Below are positions 53,201 to 64,000 of a stretch of 64,000 nt of DNA, piece after piece (within the stretch, counting starts at the first letter, position 1; the number at the start of each line of letters is the position of its first letter). Both the position numbers and the translations under genes were made by a program. The DNA comes from Octopus sinensis (taxonomy: Eukaryota), in NCBI RefSeq assembly GCF_006345805.1, contig NC_043010.1, positions 32,612,001 to 32,676,000 of the forward strand, given 5' to 3'. Below the pieces are notes generated by a model that did not search any database, had not been told where the DNA came from, and saw only the letters and a program-made list of their open reading frames with translations.

Positions 53201-55616
53201 TTTTGTAGTAAAGAAATAGTAAACTTGGATTTTTTTAAGTTTTTGTAGTAAAGAAATAGTAAACTTTTGGATGTTTTTATGTTTTTGTAGTAAAGAAATA
53301 GTAAACTTTTGGTTTTTTTTAATGCTTTTGTAGTAAAGAAATAGTAAACTTTTGGATGTTTTTTAATGTTTTTGTAGTAAAGAAATAGTAAACTTTTGGG
53401 GGGTTTTAATGTTTTTGGAGATAAGAAATAGTAAAATTTTTGGTTTTTTTTAATGTTTTTGTAGTAAAGAAATAGTAAACTTTTGAGGTTTTTTAATGTT
53501 TTTGTAGTAAAGAAATAGTAAACTTTTGGGGGGTTTTAATGTTTTTGTAGTAAAGAAATAGTAAACTTTTGGATGTTTTTAATGTTTTTGTGGTAAAGAA
53601 ATAGTAAACTTTTGAGGTTTTTTAATGTTTTTGGAGTAAAGAAATATAGTAAACTTTTGGGGGGTTTTAATGTTTTTGTAGTAAAGAAATAGTAAACTTT
53701 TGGATGTTTTTAATGTTTTTGTGGTAAAGAAATAGTAAACTTTTGAGGTTTTTTAATGTTTTTGGAGTAAAGAAATAGTAAACTTTTGGATGTTTTTAAT
53801 GTTTTTGTAGTAAAGAAATAGTAAACTTTTGGGTTTTTTTAATGCTTTTGGGGTAAAGAAAAAGTAAACTTTTGGATGTTTTTAATGTTTTTGTAGTAAA
53901 GAAATAGTAAACTTTTGGATGTTTTTAATGTTTTTGTAGTAAAGAAATAGTAAACTTTTGAGGTTTTTTAATGTTTTTGTAGTAAAGAAATAGTAAACTT
54001 TTGGTGGTTTTTAATGTTTTTGGAGTAAAGAAATAGTAAACTTTTGGGGGGTTTTAATGTATTTGTAGTAAAGAAATAGTAAACTTTTGGATGTTTTTAA
54101 TGTTTTTGTGGTAAAGAAACAGTAAACTTTTGGATGTTTTTAATGTTTTTGGAGTAAAGAATATAGTAAACTTTTGGATGTTTTTAATGTTTTTGGAGTA
54201 AAGAATAGTAAACTTTTGAGGTTTTTTAATGTTTTTGTAGTAAAGAAATAGTAAACTTTTGGTGGTTTTTAATGTTTTTGGAGTAAAGAATATAGTAAAC
54301 TTTTGGATGTTTTTAATGTTTTTGTAGTAAAGAAATAGTAAACTTTTGGATGTTTTTAATGTTTTTGTAGTAAAGAAATAGTAAACTTTTGGATGTTTTT
54401 AATGTTTTTGTAGTAAAGAAATAGTAAACTTTTGGATGTTTTTAATGTTTTTGTAGTAAAGAAATAGTAAACTTTTGGATGTTTTTAATGTTTTTGTAGT
54501 AAAGAAATAGTAAACTTTTGGGTTTTTTTAATGCTTTTGTAGTAAAGAAATAGTAAACTTTTGGATGTTTTTAATGTTTTTGTAGTAAAGAAATAGTAAA
54601 CTTTTGGATGTTTTTAATGTTTTTGTAGTAAAGAAATAGTAAACTTTTGGATGTTTTTTAATGTTTTTGTAGTAAAGAAATAGTAAACTTTTGGGGGGTT
54701 TTAATGTTTTTGTAGATAAGAAATAGTAAAATTTTTGTTTTTTTTTAATGTTTTTGTAGTAAAGAAATAGTAAACTTTTGAGGTTTTTTAATGTTTTTGT
54801 AGTAAAGAAATAGTAAACTTTTGGGGGGTTTTAATGTTTTTGTAGTAAAGAAATAGTAAACTTTTGGATGTTTTTAATGTTTTTGTGGTAAAGAAATAGT
54901 AAACTTTTGAGGTTTTTTAATGTTTTTGGAGTAAAGAAATATAGTAAACTTTTGCGGGGTTTTAATGTTTTTGTAGTAAAGAAATAGTAAACTTTTGGGT
55001 TTTTTTAATGTTTTTGTGGTAAAGAAATAGTAAACTTTTGGATGTTTTTAATGTTTTTGTAGTAAAGAAATAGTAAACTTTTGGATGTTTTTAATGTTTT
55101 TGTAGTAAAGAAATAGTAAACTTTTGGGTTTTTTTAATGTTTTTGGAGTAAAGAAATAGTAAACTTTTGAGGTTTTTTAATGTTTTTGTAGTAAAGAAAT
55201 AGTAAACTTTTGGTGGTTTTTAATGTTTTTGGAGTAAAGAATAGTAAACTTTTGGGGGGTTTTAATGTTTTTGTAGTAAGAAATAGTAAACTTTTGGATG
55301 TTTTTAATGTTTTTGTGGTAAAGAAATAGTAAACTTTTGAGGTTTTTTAATGTTTTTGTAGTAAAGAAATAGTAAACTTTTGGTGGTTTTTAATGTTTTT
55401 GGAGTAAAGAAATAGTAAACTTTTGGGGGGTTTTAATGTTTTTGTAGTAAAGAAATAGTAAACTTTTGGATGTTTTTAATGTTTTTGTGGTAAAGAAATA
55501 GTAAACTTTTGAGGTTTCTTAATGTTTTTGTAGTAAAGAAATAGTAAACTTTTGGTGGTTTTTAATGTTTTTGTAGTAAAGAAATAGTAAACTTTCGGGG
55601 GTTTTTTAATGATTTT
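47263..55616. repeat. ~8.35-kb tandem satellite, 43-bp monomer, about 194 copies
   Basis: Consensus tagtaaagaaatagtaaacttttggatgtttttaatgtttttg; period 43 (for example 49201 to 49244); variants ggat/gagg/ggtgg/ggggg at one hypervariable site. Confidence 0.98.
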
Positions 55617-56179
55617 GTTCTATTCTTGCTTCAAGTTAGTTTTCTTAAAACATTTTTCAGATCGATTTTTAAGTACTACGTACTTAAGTTCTAATCCTGA
55701 GTGAGCCATTGAAAAATAGGAGGGGTGGGACAGGTCAGTGTTTTTCTATATCCTTACTTGTCTGCATTCTTTCTTAACGTTGCTCTGTTAGTTTATTTCT
55801 ATTCTTATTATTTTTACTTTTTATCGGGAAGATTGCTTCCGTAGCCGAACAAAACAAACCCTGAAATATCCGAACCTGACTGTGAACTATTTCTTCCAAC
55901 TTGTGGGCCACTAACCGCGAAGTTCTTGTCATCATTGGTAGGTCGCCTCACCGAGGTGTCAGGTGAAGTCCGTGAGGGTGCCCAGCTTTTCCAACGCCTA
56001 GCCCCATCAGTGGTAATGCTGCAAGCATGCTGGCTTGCTTCAGTAGGTTCCTTTGAACCTTGTGGTGTGCCATCGATTGAAGCATTTGGTGCTGCATTGA
56101 TGTTTTAATTCTCTTTGTTTTTGTTTTATAAAAACTTATATTATGGAAGAATCATGACTATTGTTTAAAAAAAAAGTTA

Positions 56180-56805
56180 TTGGATCTTTTCCTTTTGAAC
56201 GGCAGATGTCAACACAATTTCTAGTTAACTAAACACTTTTAAACTTCGTATACTGGTAGAATGTGTTTATAAAACATCATTTTCTCTTGGTTTTATTGAG
56301 AAAGTTCTATAGTTTGTAAGATATTTCATCTGAAAACCCGAGCATTTCAGCAATTTTAACCAATCGATTACCTCCATTGAACTAAAATCATTTGTTGCGT
56401 CTAAAATTGAGACAACATCCTGTAACTAACCCTAAACCTCCCCCCTAACCCTAATTTTTTTTTTCTTAATTGTTAAATTAATTTAATTCCATTGCTTTAG
56501 TTTTTTTACACGCGTAACAATTGAATTAATTTAACAATTAAGAAAAAAATTTAGGATAAGTGGGGAGGTTTATGGTTAGTTACAGGATGTTGTCTCAGTC
56601 TTAGACGCAGCAAATGATTTTAGCTCAAAAGAGAACATAGGATTGGTTAAAATTCGAAAAATTAAACTACGTTAAACAAATTACAATTTTCTCAAGAAAG
56701 CCAAGAGAAAAAAATGTTTTATTTTGACACATTCTACCAGTATACAAAGTTTTAAAGTGTTTAGTTAACTAGAAATTGTCTGCCGTTCAAAAGGAAAAGA
56801 TCCAA
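56180..56805. mobile_element. ~625-bp foldback/MITE-like element (almost wholly palindromic)
   Basis: ttggatcttttccttttgaacggcaga ... tctgccgttcaaaaggaaaagatccaa; the arms pair inward to the centre near 56510. Confidence 0.9.
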
Positions 56806-56898
56806 CTATAAGTACTCTATAAACTTAAAATGAACTTTGTTCAGAAATCGTAGAAAATATGTAACTATTGATTACGTCGTTTATCTTTTTTAAAAAAT

Positions 56899-57698
56899 AT
56901 TTAGCTGTTGTTTCTAGCATGTCGAGTTTTCTGGTGATGGTTTGATATGTTTTTGCCTGCTCTTTCAGGTGAAATCTACGCATGCGTAAAACATCAGACG
57001 AAAGTAAAACATCAGACGAAAGTGAAACATCAAACGAAAGTGAAACATTCTCAGAATTTTTAGCTTTTTGACGGGAAGTGAGGGTGGGGAATAGGGTATT
57101 TTCTAATTAAAATTTTTAAAAAGAACTTTTCGTTAATGTTTACAATAATACCCGGAAACGAAACAGAAAAAAGTAATCCAAAGTGTGTAGGAAACGAATA
57201 TGAAAGTAAAAATGCGCGGAAAGCAACGGGGGTGGGGGGAGAGGACTTCGGAAAATTCACAAGACCCGAGTTTTTCCCGCATAAATTTTTGGAAAATGGG
57301 TCTCTTTAAATGAAGTTTTATATAGATACCTTTCAAACGGCATAGATTACAATTATAAAGAAATGTGTGGGTAAAATCCTTTCCGGAGGGGTGGGGAGAG
57401 GACTTCGAAAAATTCACAAGATCTGATTTTTCCCGTCGTAACTTTAAGAGAAATGGATATCTTTTAATGAAATTGTATATAATTGTATATAACGTGGTTT
57501 TTGTGAGGATTTTGTATCATTCTTTCTCTCTCCCTAACCCTAACCCCCTCTCCCATATAAAAAACACTTGTTTGAAATGTATCTGGTATTTCCACCGGTA
57601 CATATACCGAAGTTTCGCCAAAAAATCGATAAACATCAATCCATGTCAGAGTCACAAAGAAAAGTGGTCATGGAGCGTGCTAGAAACAACAGCCAAAT
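56899..57698. mobile_element. ~800-bp element bounded by 21-bp inverted repeats, with internal 17-bp and ~50-bp direct repeats
   Basis: atttagctgttgtttctagca ... tgctagaaacaacagccaaat; (aaacatcagacgaaagt) x ~3.5 at 56989; ggggagaggacttcg.aaaattcacaaga twice. Confidence 0.55.
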
Positions 57699-58017
57699 AT
57701 CCCCTAAATCACACACCTTTTCGTGTGAAAATATTCATTATTATTATTATCATTTTTTTTAACCGAAAAGGCTTCTCCCATGGTTTTTAAGCGCGTAGTG
57801 CAAAAAAATTGGTTAGAATCAGCCTGGAAGGGTGAGGTGAAAAACATTTTTTTTTTTGATTTTCAAACTTTTTCTTTTATTTCGAAGGCCGAAGTGGTAA
57901 ATAAATAAATAAAAATGTAAATATCCCTGTCAAAACGGAGAAATCCAACTTACATGGGCGTCCTGATCCGAAACTCCACCGAAGAAAAAATCATTTTAAA
58001 CATTTTAAATGAAAGGG

Positions 58018-58198
58018 GTCATGACTAGTCGATCCTTACTTTGTGTTTTTGTGCTATTTACTTTGTTTAAAACATTATCTACTTTGTGTTTTATTTACTT
58101 TGTTTAACAAAAATTATTTACTTTGTGTAAAAAAAATTATTTATTTTGTGTTTTATTTAATTTGCTAGGTAGTCGTTTTAGGATCGACTAGTCACGAC
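58018..58198. mobile_element. 181-bp MITE-like element with 19-bp inverted termini
   Basis: gtcatgactagtcgatcct ... aggatcgactagtcacgac (1 mismatch); internal tttactttgt repeats. Confidence 0.6.
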
Positions 58199-58199
58199 T

Positions 58200-58520
58200 A
58201 GCTAGCACGGATGCGGGACTACGCGAGTGCGCGCACCGGGACCACTGTTCTCAAGTAGTACACGTGAAAGGTACGATGAAGGGATAAGGAAGGTTAAGTT
58301 TTTTTTAATGTGAATTACAAGTGCTTCAGCATGTGGAATACAATTAAATGAAAAAGCCATATAGAGCCTACTCGATTCATATTTACTTGTAGCTGTTGTT
58401 CCAGATAGGATGAAAATAAGTTTGTCACGCTCGCCCTACTTTTCAATCTGTGACGTAAGAGAAACTAGTTTCATTTTATTTACTTAGTCAAAAGTTACAA
58501 GTCTCGGCGACCGTAAGTAA
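58200..58520 (+). promoter_or_regulatory. CpG-rich, promoter-like segment with a possible first-exon donor
   Basis: cacggatgcgggactacgcgagtgcgcgcaccggg, CACGTG at 58261, TGACGTAA at ~58452, and GTAAGT at 58513. Confidence 0.3.
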
Positions 58521-59665
58521 TATTTGAACTCTCCTCTAAATGTTGTTATGATAGTTGCAATCCTCGATTGAAATAACACAACTTTATTTTCTTTTTTTTC
58601 CACAACTTTTTATTTCACCGACATCACTTCAATTCCCTTGTTATCTGTTGTAGTTTATGTACTAATGTGATGTTATTTAGCCTTCAACAGAAGTGTTATA
58701 TTTTAGTATTTCACACTGATATCCATCTGCTAACACAATCACTAAGTACAGTAAAAAGTTTATACCGAATCCAACGAAAGTCGTGGAGAAGACGAACTGA
58801 GAAATAAATAAAAAAAAGAAAAAAGTCATTCGTTAAAATATCGTTAATGATAGTTACAGGAGTTTGAAGGAAATTTGGTGGGTTTGAGAAGGAGGAAGTA
58901 GGGCGCGTATTCAATGCATGTTCTTAAGATTTTCTGTTTTGATAAATTAAATTAGAAAGAGTAATATTTTTAATTTTCTTTAAGTGAAACAGTTAATGCT
59001 TCCAAACACAAGACAATAGAGTACTTCAGCTATCCTTTTAATTTTGATTTTCCTGGAAACACTTTTTTTCTTTCAGTTTAAATTTATCAGGTGACATGTT
59101 ACCTGCTTTCACTTTCATGAGACTACATCAAGTAAAATTATATTAGAAAATTATTTGAAATTATATTTTTTATTTCAATTGTTAATTTTTCCTATGTTTC
59201 TGAAATTAAAAAACAATCTAAATACGGCGTGTCTAAAATGAAAACAAACAAGCTGTTTCCAGTGATAAGTGAATGAAATTGTGAATATCTGGGTGTTTAT
59301 AACATTAAAGTCCTGTAACCTTTTAATAAGCAAGTCTGGTTTGGTTTTAAAAAAAGCACTCTTATTTTTCCTATATTCATAAAAACACCCTGTAAATGTC
59401 AACAATTCGAAACGAAGGACGATCGGTAGAGATAAAGAATGTGTGCACCATCCGTTTCAGTTTCTGTGTTTTTATAATTTTTCCAATCTCTGTTTTCGAT
59501 GTAGGAGAAAATACGATTTTGCCCAGAGATCACATTTTCAAAATTTTACTTCCCTCACCCCCATTCTATTTTCATAATTTTAAACTTATTTCGAATTAAA
59601 TTTTAATAATCCACGTAGAAAAATGCACCGATTACGAATCTGGGAATTTTGATTACTATAAAAAG

Positions 59666-59827
59666 CTTCACCCGTTAACAAAAAGAAAAAAAGAAAAAAC
59701 CCAGCCTGCTGGGTGTTAACAACTATGTAGAAAACGAATATGACAAAAAACATTTGCGCAAACGAACAGTTGTTAACAGCCAGCAGGCTCAGGTTTTTTC
59801 TTGTTTTGTTTTTGTTAACGGGTGAAG
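59666..59827. mobile_element. 162-bp hairpin/MITE-like element (~65-bp arms)
   Basis: cttcacccgttaacaaaaa...agcctgctgggtgttaacaact / agttgttaacagccagcaggct...tttttgttaacgggtgaag. Confidence 0.7.
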
Positions 59828-59857
59828 ATCTTTAATATAAACACACACACGTATATA

Positions 59858-59917
<60 letters not shown>

Positions 59918-59935
59918 ATATATATATGTATATAT

Positions 59936-60735
59936 ACTCTCTTCCTTCAGGGGAACCGCTCACAGCCTCTAACAATATCAGAGACCTGGGTGTAATTGTT
60001 GATGACGATCTCAGTTGGAGCGCACACATCAACAAGAAGGTCGATACAGCTCGTAGGATGAGTTCCTGGATCTTAAGAACTTTCCGGTCCAGAGAACAAG
60101 GTGTCATCATACCACTTTTTTCATCCTTTGTACGGCCACACCTTGAATACTGCTGCCCACTGTGGTCTCCTCACACAAGACAAAACATCTCCAGAATTGA
60201 GTCACCCCAGAGGGCTCTCACTAAACAAATTGAAGGCATGGCTGCTCTCGACTATTGGGATCGCCTTAAAGCCTTGAAACTTTACTCCCTCCAGCGTCGC
60301 CGTGAGCGGTACATCATTTGTACGATGTGGAAAATATACCGCCAACTTTGCCCAAACGACCTAAACATTAGCTTCAAGGTTCATCCGAGACTTGGACCAC
60401 GGGCTATACGTCCCCTGCCAAATTCAAGATCACAACATACATGTACACTGCAACATAATTTCTTTTCCTCAACAGGCCCTGCCCTATTTAACATTGTCCC
60501 GAGGGAGATCAAAGAGGAAAAGGATCCCATCAACTTCAAACAGAGTCTGGATAGATTCCTTCAAAGAATACCAGACAAGCCACCCATAATTGGATACAAC
60601 TCACCCAACAAGAACTCACTACTTGAACAAAACTTGACTTAAACAGGATTCGAATAATCCTATCAGGTGGTGCTATTAAGTTAGACATGGCCTGGACCAA
60701 TCTCTGGTCGAAACATATCTAAGTTTTATCCAAGT
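59936..60735 (+). mobile_element. Young 5'-truncated CR1-type LINE (RT C-terminus plus 3' UTR) inserted in (TA)n
   Basis: About 235 uninterrupted codons: IRDLGVIVDDDLSWSAHI...VRPHLEYCCPLWSP...LKALKLYSLQRRRER...FKQSLDRFL; TA arrays on both sides. Confidence 0.9.
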
Positions 60736-60739
60736 TTTA

Positions 60740-60759
60740 TATATATGTATATATATATG

Positions 60760-60808
<49 letters not shown>

Positions 60809-60836
60809 ACATATATATATATATATATATATATGG

Positions 60837-60909
<73 letters not shown>

Positions 60910-60987
60910 TATATATATATAATATATATATGTATACATATATATATATATATGTATACATATATATATATATATATATATGTATAC

Positions 60988-61020
<33 letters not shown>

Positions 61021-61066
61021 GTATATAATATATATAATACATATATATATATATACATATATATAC

Positions 61067-61130
<64 letters not shown>

Positions 61131-61156
61131 TATATATATATCTATATATACATATC
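60740..61156. repeat. (TA)n array
   Basis: Seen directly in the sequence. Confidence 0.95.
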
Positions 61157-61400
61157 ATCATCATCATCATCGTTTAACGTCCATTTTCCGCGCTAGCACG
61201 GGTTGGACGGTTTCGACCGGGGTCTGGGGAGCTCGGGACTGCCCCAGGCTCCAGTCTAGTCTGGCAGTGTTTCTACAGCTGGATGCGCTTCCTAACGCCA
61301 ACCACTCCGCGAGTGTAGTGGGTGTTTTTTACGTGCCACCTGCACAGGTGCCAGAGGGGTCTGGCATCGGCCACGTTCGGATGGTGCTTTTTATGTGGGG
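61157..61400 (-). mobile_element. RTE LINE 3' UTR fragment with CpGs retained
   Basis: (cat)n-cgtttaacgtccattttccgcgctagcacgggttggacgg...ggtgtttttacgtgccac. Confidence 0.8.
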
Positions 61401-61911
61401 GGGGGGGGGGGTGCAGAAATATATAGGGGAGCACCAGTGGGAGGGGTGGTTCAGAGAAATGATGACAGGTTCTAGGCAAGTAGAACGTAGGATATCAAGA
61501 GAGGGGTAATGCATGGTGAAATAGCGTGTTGAAGAGGGGGGTTCGAAGAGTAGACACCTATAATGGTGGTGGGAGAAGCGACATCCGGTATAGATGGAAC
61601 AAAAATATAGAGATATCCGGTATTGGTGGTGGGGGTGGGCAAGGGCGGGTGCACCGGGAATATGCGAAGGTTGAACTTTAGAGAAACGGGCGGGAATGGC
61701 GATGTTTTTAGGGTGGCATGTAGAAAGAAAAGGAAAGCAAAGCAGATTGGTGGTTATAAGTTCAAAACATTTAAACGGTAGACAAATGTATGTATGAAAA
61801 AGAAGGGAGAAATCTTAGCTTGCTTATGGACATCGCTGTAAGTCAGGGGAAGAAATGATAGTGAATGGTGGAGATCGAATTAAAGGGAATATGCGAAGGT
61901 TGAACTTTAGA

Positions 61912-61994
61912 GATATATATATATACATATACATATATATATATATACATATATATATATTTGTTTTTTGTTTTTTTTTAAATATATATATATG

Positions 61995-62028
<34 letters not shown>

Positions 62029-62115
62029 TATGTAATATATATGTATATATATATATATGTATATAATATATATGTATATATATTATATATATATATATAT
62101 ATATAATATGTATAT

Positions 62116-62165
<50 letters not shown>

Positions 62166-62190
62166 ATATATATATATATATGTATATATA

Positions 62191-62222
<32 letters not shown>

Positions 62223-62237
62223 GTATATATAGATATG

Positions 62238-62273
<36 letters not shown>

Positions 62274-62449
62274 TGTATAATATATATATTATGTATATAT
62301 ATATGTATATATATATAGTATATATATATATATATCTATATATATATATATGTATATATATGTATATATATATAGTATATATATATGTATATATTATATA
62401 TGTATATATAATATATATATATGTATATATATATATATTATATATATAT

Positions 62450-62482
<33 letters not shown>

Positions 62483-62908
62483 GTATATATATATATATAC
62501 ATATATAATATATATGTATATATAGATATGTATATATATATATATGTATATATATATTATATATGTATATATATATGTATATATATATTGTATATATATA
62601 TGTATATATATATGTATATATATATATATATGTATATATATATGTATATATATATATATATATATGTAGATATATATGTATATATATGTATATATATATA
62701 TGTATATATATATGTATATATAATGTATATATATATGTATAATATATATATATATGTATATATATATCTATATATATATATGTATATATATAATATGTAT
62801 ATATATGTATATATATAATATGTATATATATATATATGTATATATATATATAGATATGTATATATATATATATATATATTATGTATATATATATATATAT
62901 ATATATTG

Positions 62909-62959
<51 letters not shown>

Positions 62960-62979
62960 GTATATATATTATATATATG

Positions 62980-63014
<35 letters not shown>

Positions 63015-63035
63015 CTATATATATATATATGTATA

Positions 63036-63067
<32 letters not shown>

Positions 63068-63124
63068 CTATATATATATATATGTATATATATGTATATA
63101 TCTATATATGTATATATATGTATG

Positions 63125-63181
<57 letters not shown>

Positions 63182-63182
63182 C
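61912..63182. repeat. ~1.3-kb degenerate (TA)n array
   Basis: Seen directly in the sequence. Confidence 0.95.
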
Positions 63183-63463
63183 TAATATAGGATAAAAAAT
63201 TTTCAAAAAAAATTCTATCAATGGTCAGCATATTAAAAAAATACCTTTAAAGGTTAAATTTATAAACAATTTATAAGTATAACCTTCCCTTCATCAGTGA
63301 ACTAACTCTGAAATCGGGTCCGATATGGTAATAACGGGATTTTTTAGAAATTTCTGTCGGCTTTCTTCAAAACACGTGCTTGTAGTGATGAATTATAATG
63401 GTTATTGACGTTGTGTCTATTTTTGGCATTAGAAATTTTTTCTTTTGCCCTTACTTATAAATT

Positions 63464-63470
<7 letters not shown>
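63183..63470. mobile_element. Family 2 element copy B (related to 11690-12097, one arm largely missing)
   Basis: Shared tatcaatgg.cagcatattaaaaaa.tacctttaaaggttaaatttataaacaa and ggtccgatatggtaataa..ttttttagaaatttctgt. Confidence 0.75.
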
Positions 63471-63506
<36 letters not shown>

Positions 63507-64000
63507 AATAAAAAATGGAGCTAACGCAGGTTTAAACAAGTATTTTTTCTTTCTACATATGTTTCAAAAATTCCACTGATACTTATTCAAAAGAATAAAA
63601 GGTATAAACAATGCAATCTTCTCTTCGGGAAAGTGAAAAAACGAAACTTGTCAATACGACATTTTAGCAAAAAATGATGGATTCGTATAGCGATAGACAG
63701 AACGCTATTAATATTGTTTAAAAAAAACGTTATATGATAGAACGTCATAAGTAGCTAACAGAAAGAGTAGGGATATTAATAGTGAATGTTAAATATAAAG
63801 GAAATTAAAGTCTAAACTATATATAATAACCTTGTTATTAATATTTCTAGAGGGTTGGATGGTAGTAGCTAAATTAATGTTAGCATTAGTAAATGTATTA
63901 ATATTTAACAGTTTGTTATTATGAGAAGATATAATTTGCAAGAGATTTTTTGTGTTTGAAAAACCTATCCTAACCTTATGTGAATTAATTATAGAGTAAT

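Noticed and set aside
47263-55616. CRISPR-like array
   Set aside because: Monomers are contiguous with no unique spacers, there are no cas genes, and the context is eukaryotic; it is a satellite.
55926-56108. GC-richer 60-aa ORF after the satellite
   Set aside because: Short, non-ATG start and no recognisable motif; probably a TE fragment that I cannot classify.

Overview
Eukaryotic, strongly AT-rich, repeat-saturated genomic DNA. The long (TA)n/(AAT)n/(GAT)n microsatellites and the SINE/LINE families look like a coleoid cephalopod (octopus-type) genome; this is inferred from composition and repeat motifs, not from a search. The only well-supported host coding signal is the 3' part of a + strand multi-exon gene for a single-pass (type I) membrane protein. 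It has a transmembrane exon (14514-14622), a phase-compatible cytoplasmic-tail exon (24252-24412, with YSFL, an acidic EDDEDD cluster and NPNF) and a probable terminal exon (from 29747). I do not recognise the gene. Most of the remaining sequence is transposon-derived or simple repeat. It includes RTE LINEs (one a young BovB-like copy nested in an older RTE), R4/Dong-type fragments in (TAA)n, a CR1-type LINE in (TA)n, mariner, Tc1-like and hAT transposase relics, two tRNA-type SINE families, Helitron-like and foldback elements, and an ~8.3 kb 43-bp satellite. Most ORFs in the supplied track are microsatellite or antisense artefacts. The most interesting observations are: the satellite appears to be seeded from a SINE 3' terminus and has higher-order structure; there is an intronic pre-miRNA-like hairpin; minimal hammerhead-like remnants are present; inverted repeats sit around exons; and CpG content shifts near 45.7 kb. 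I see no convincing wholly new biological system. Coordinates of decayed repeats are approximate.
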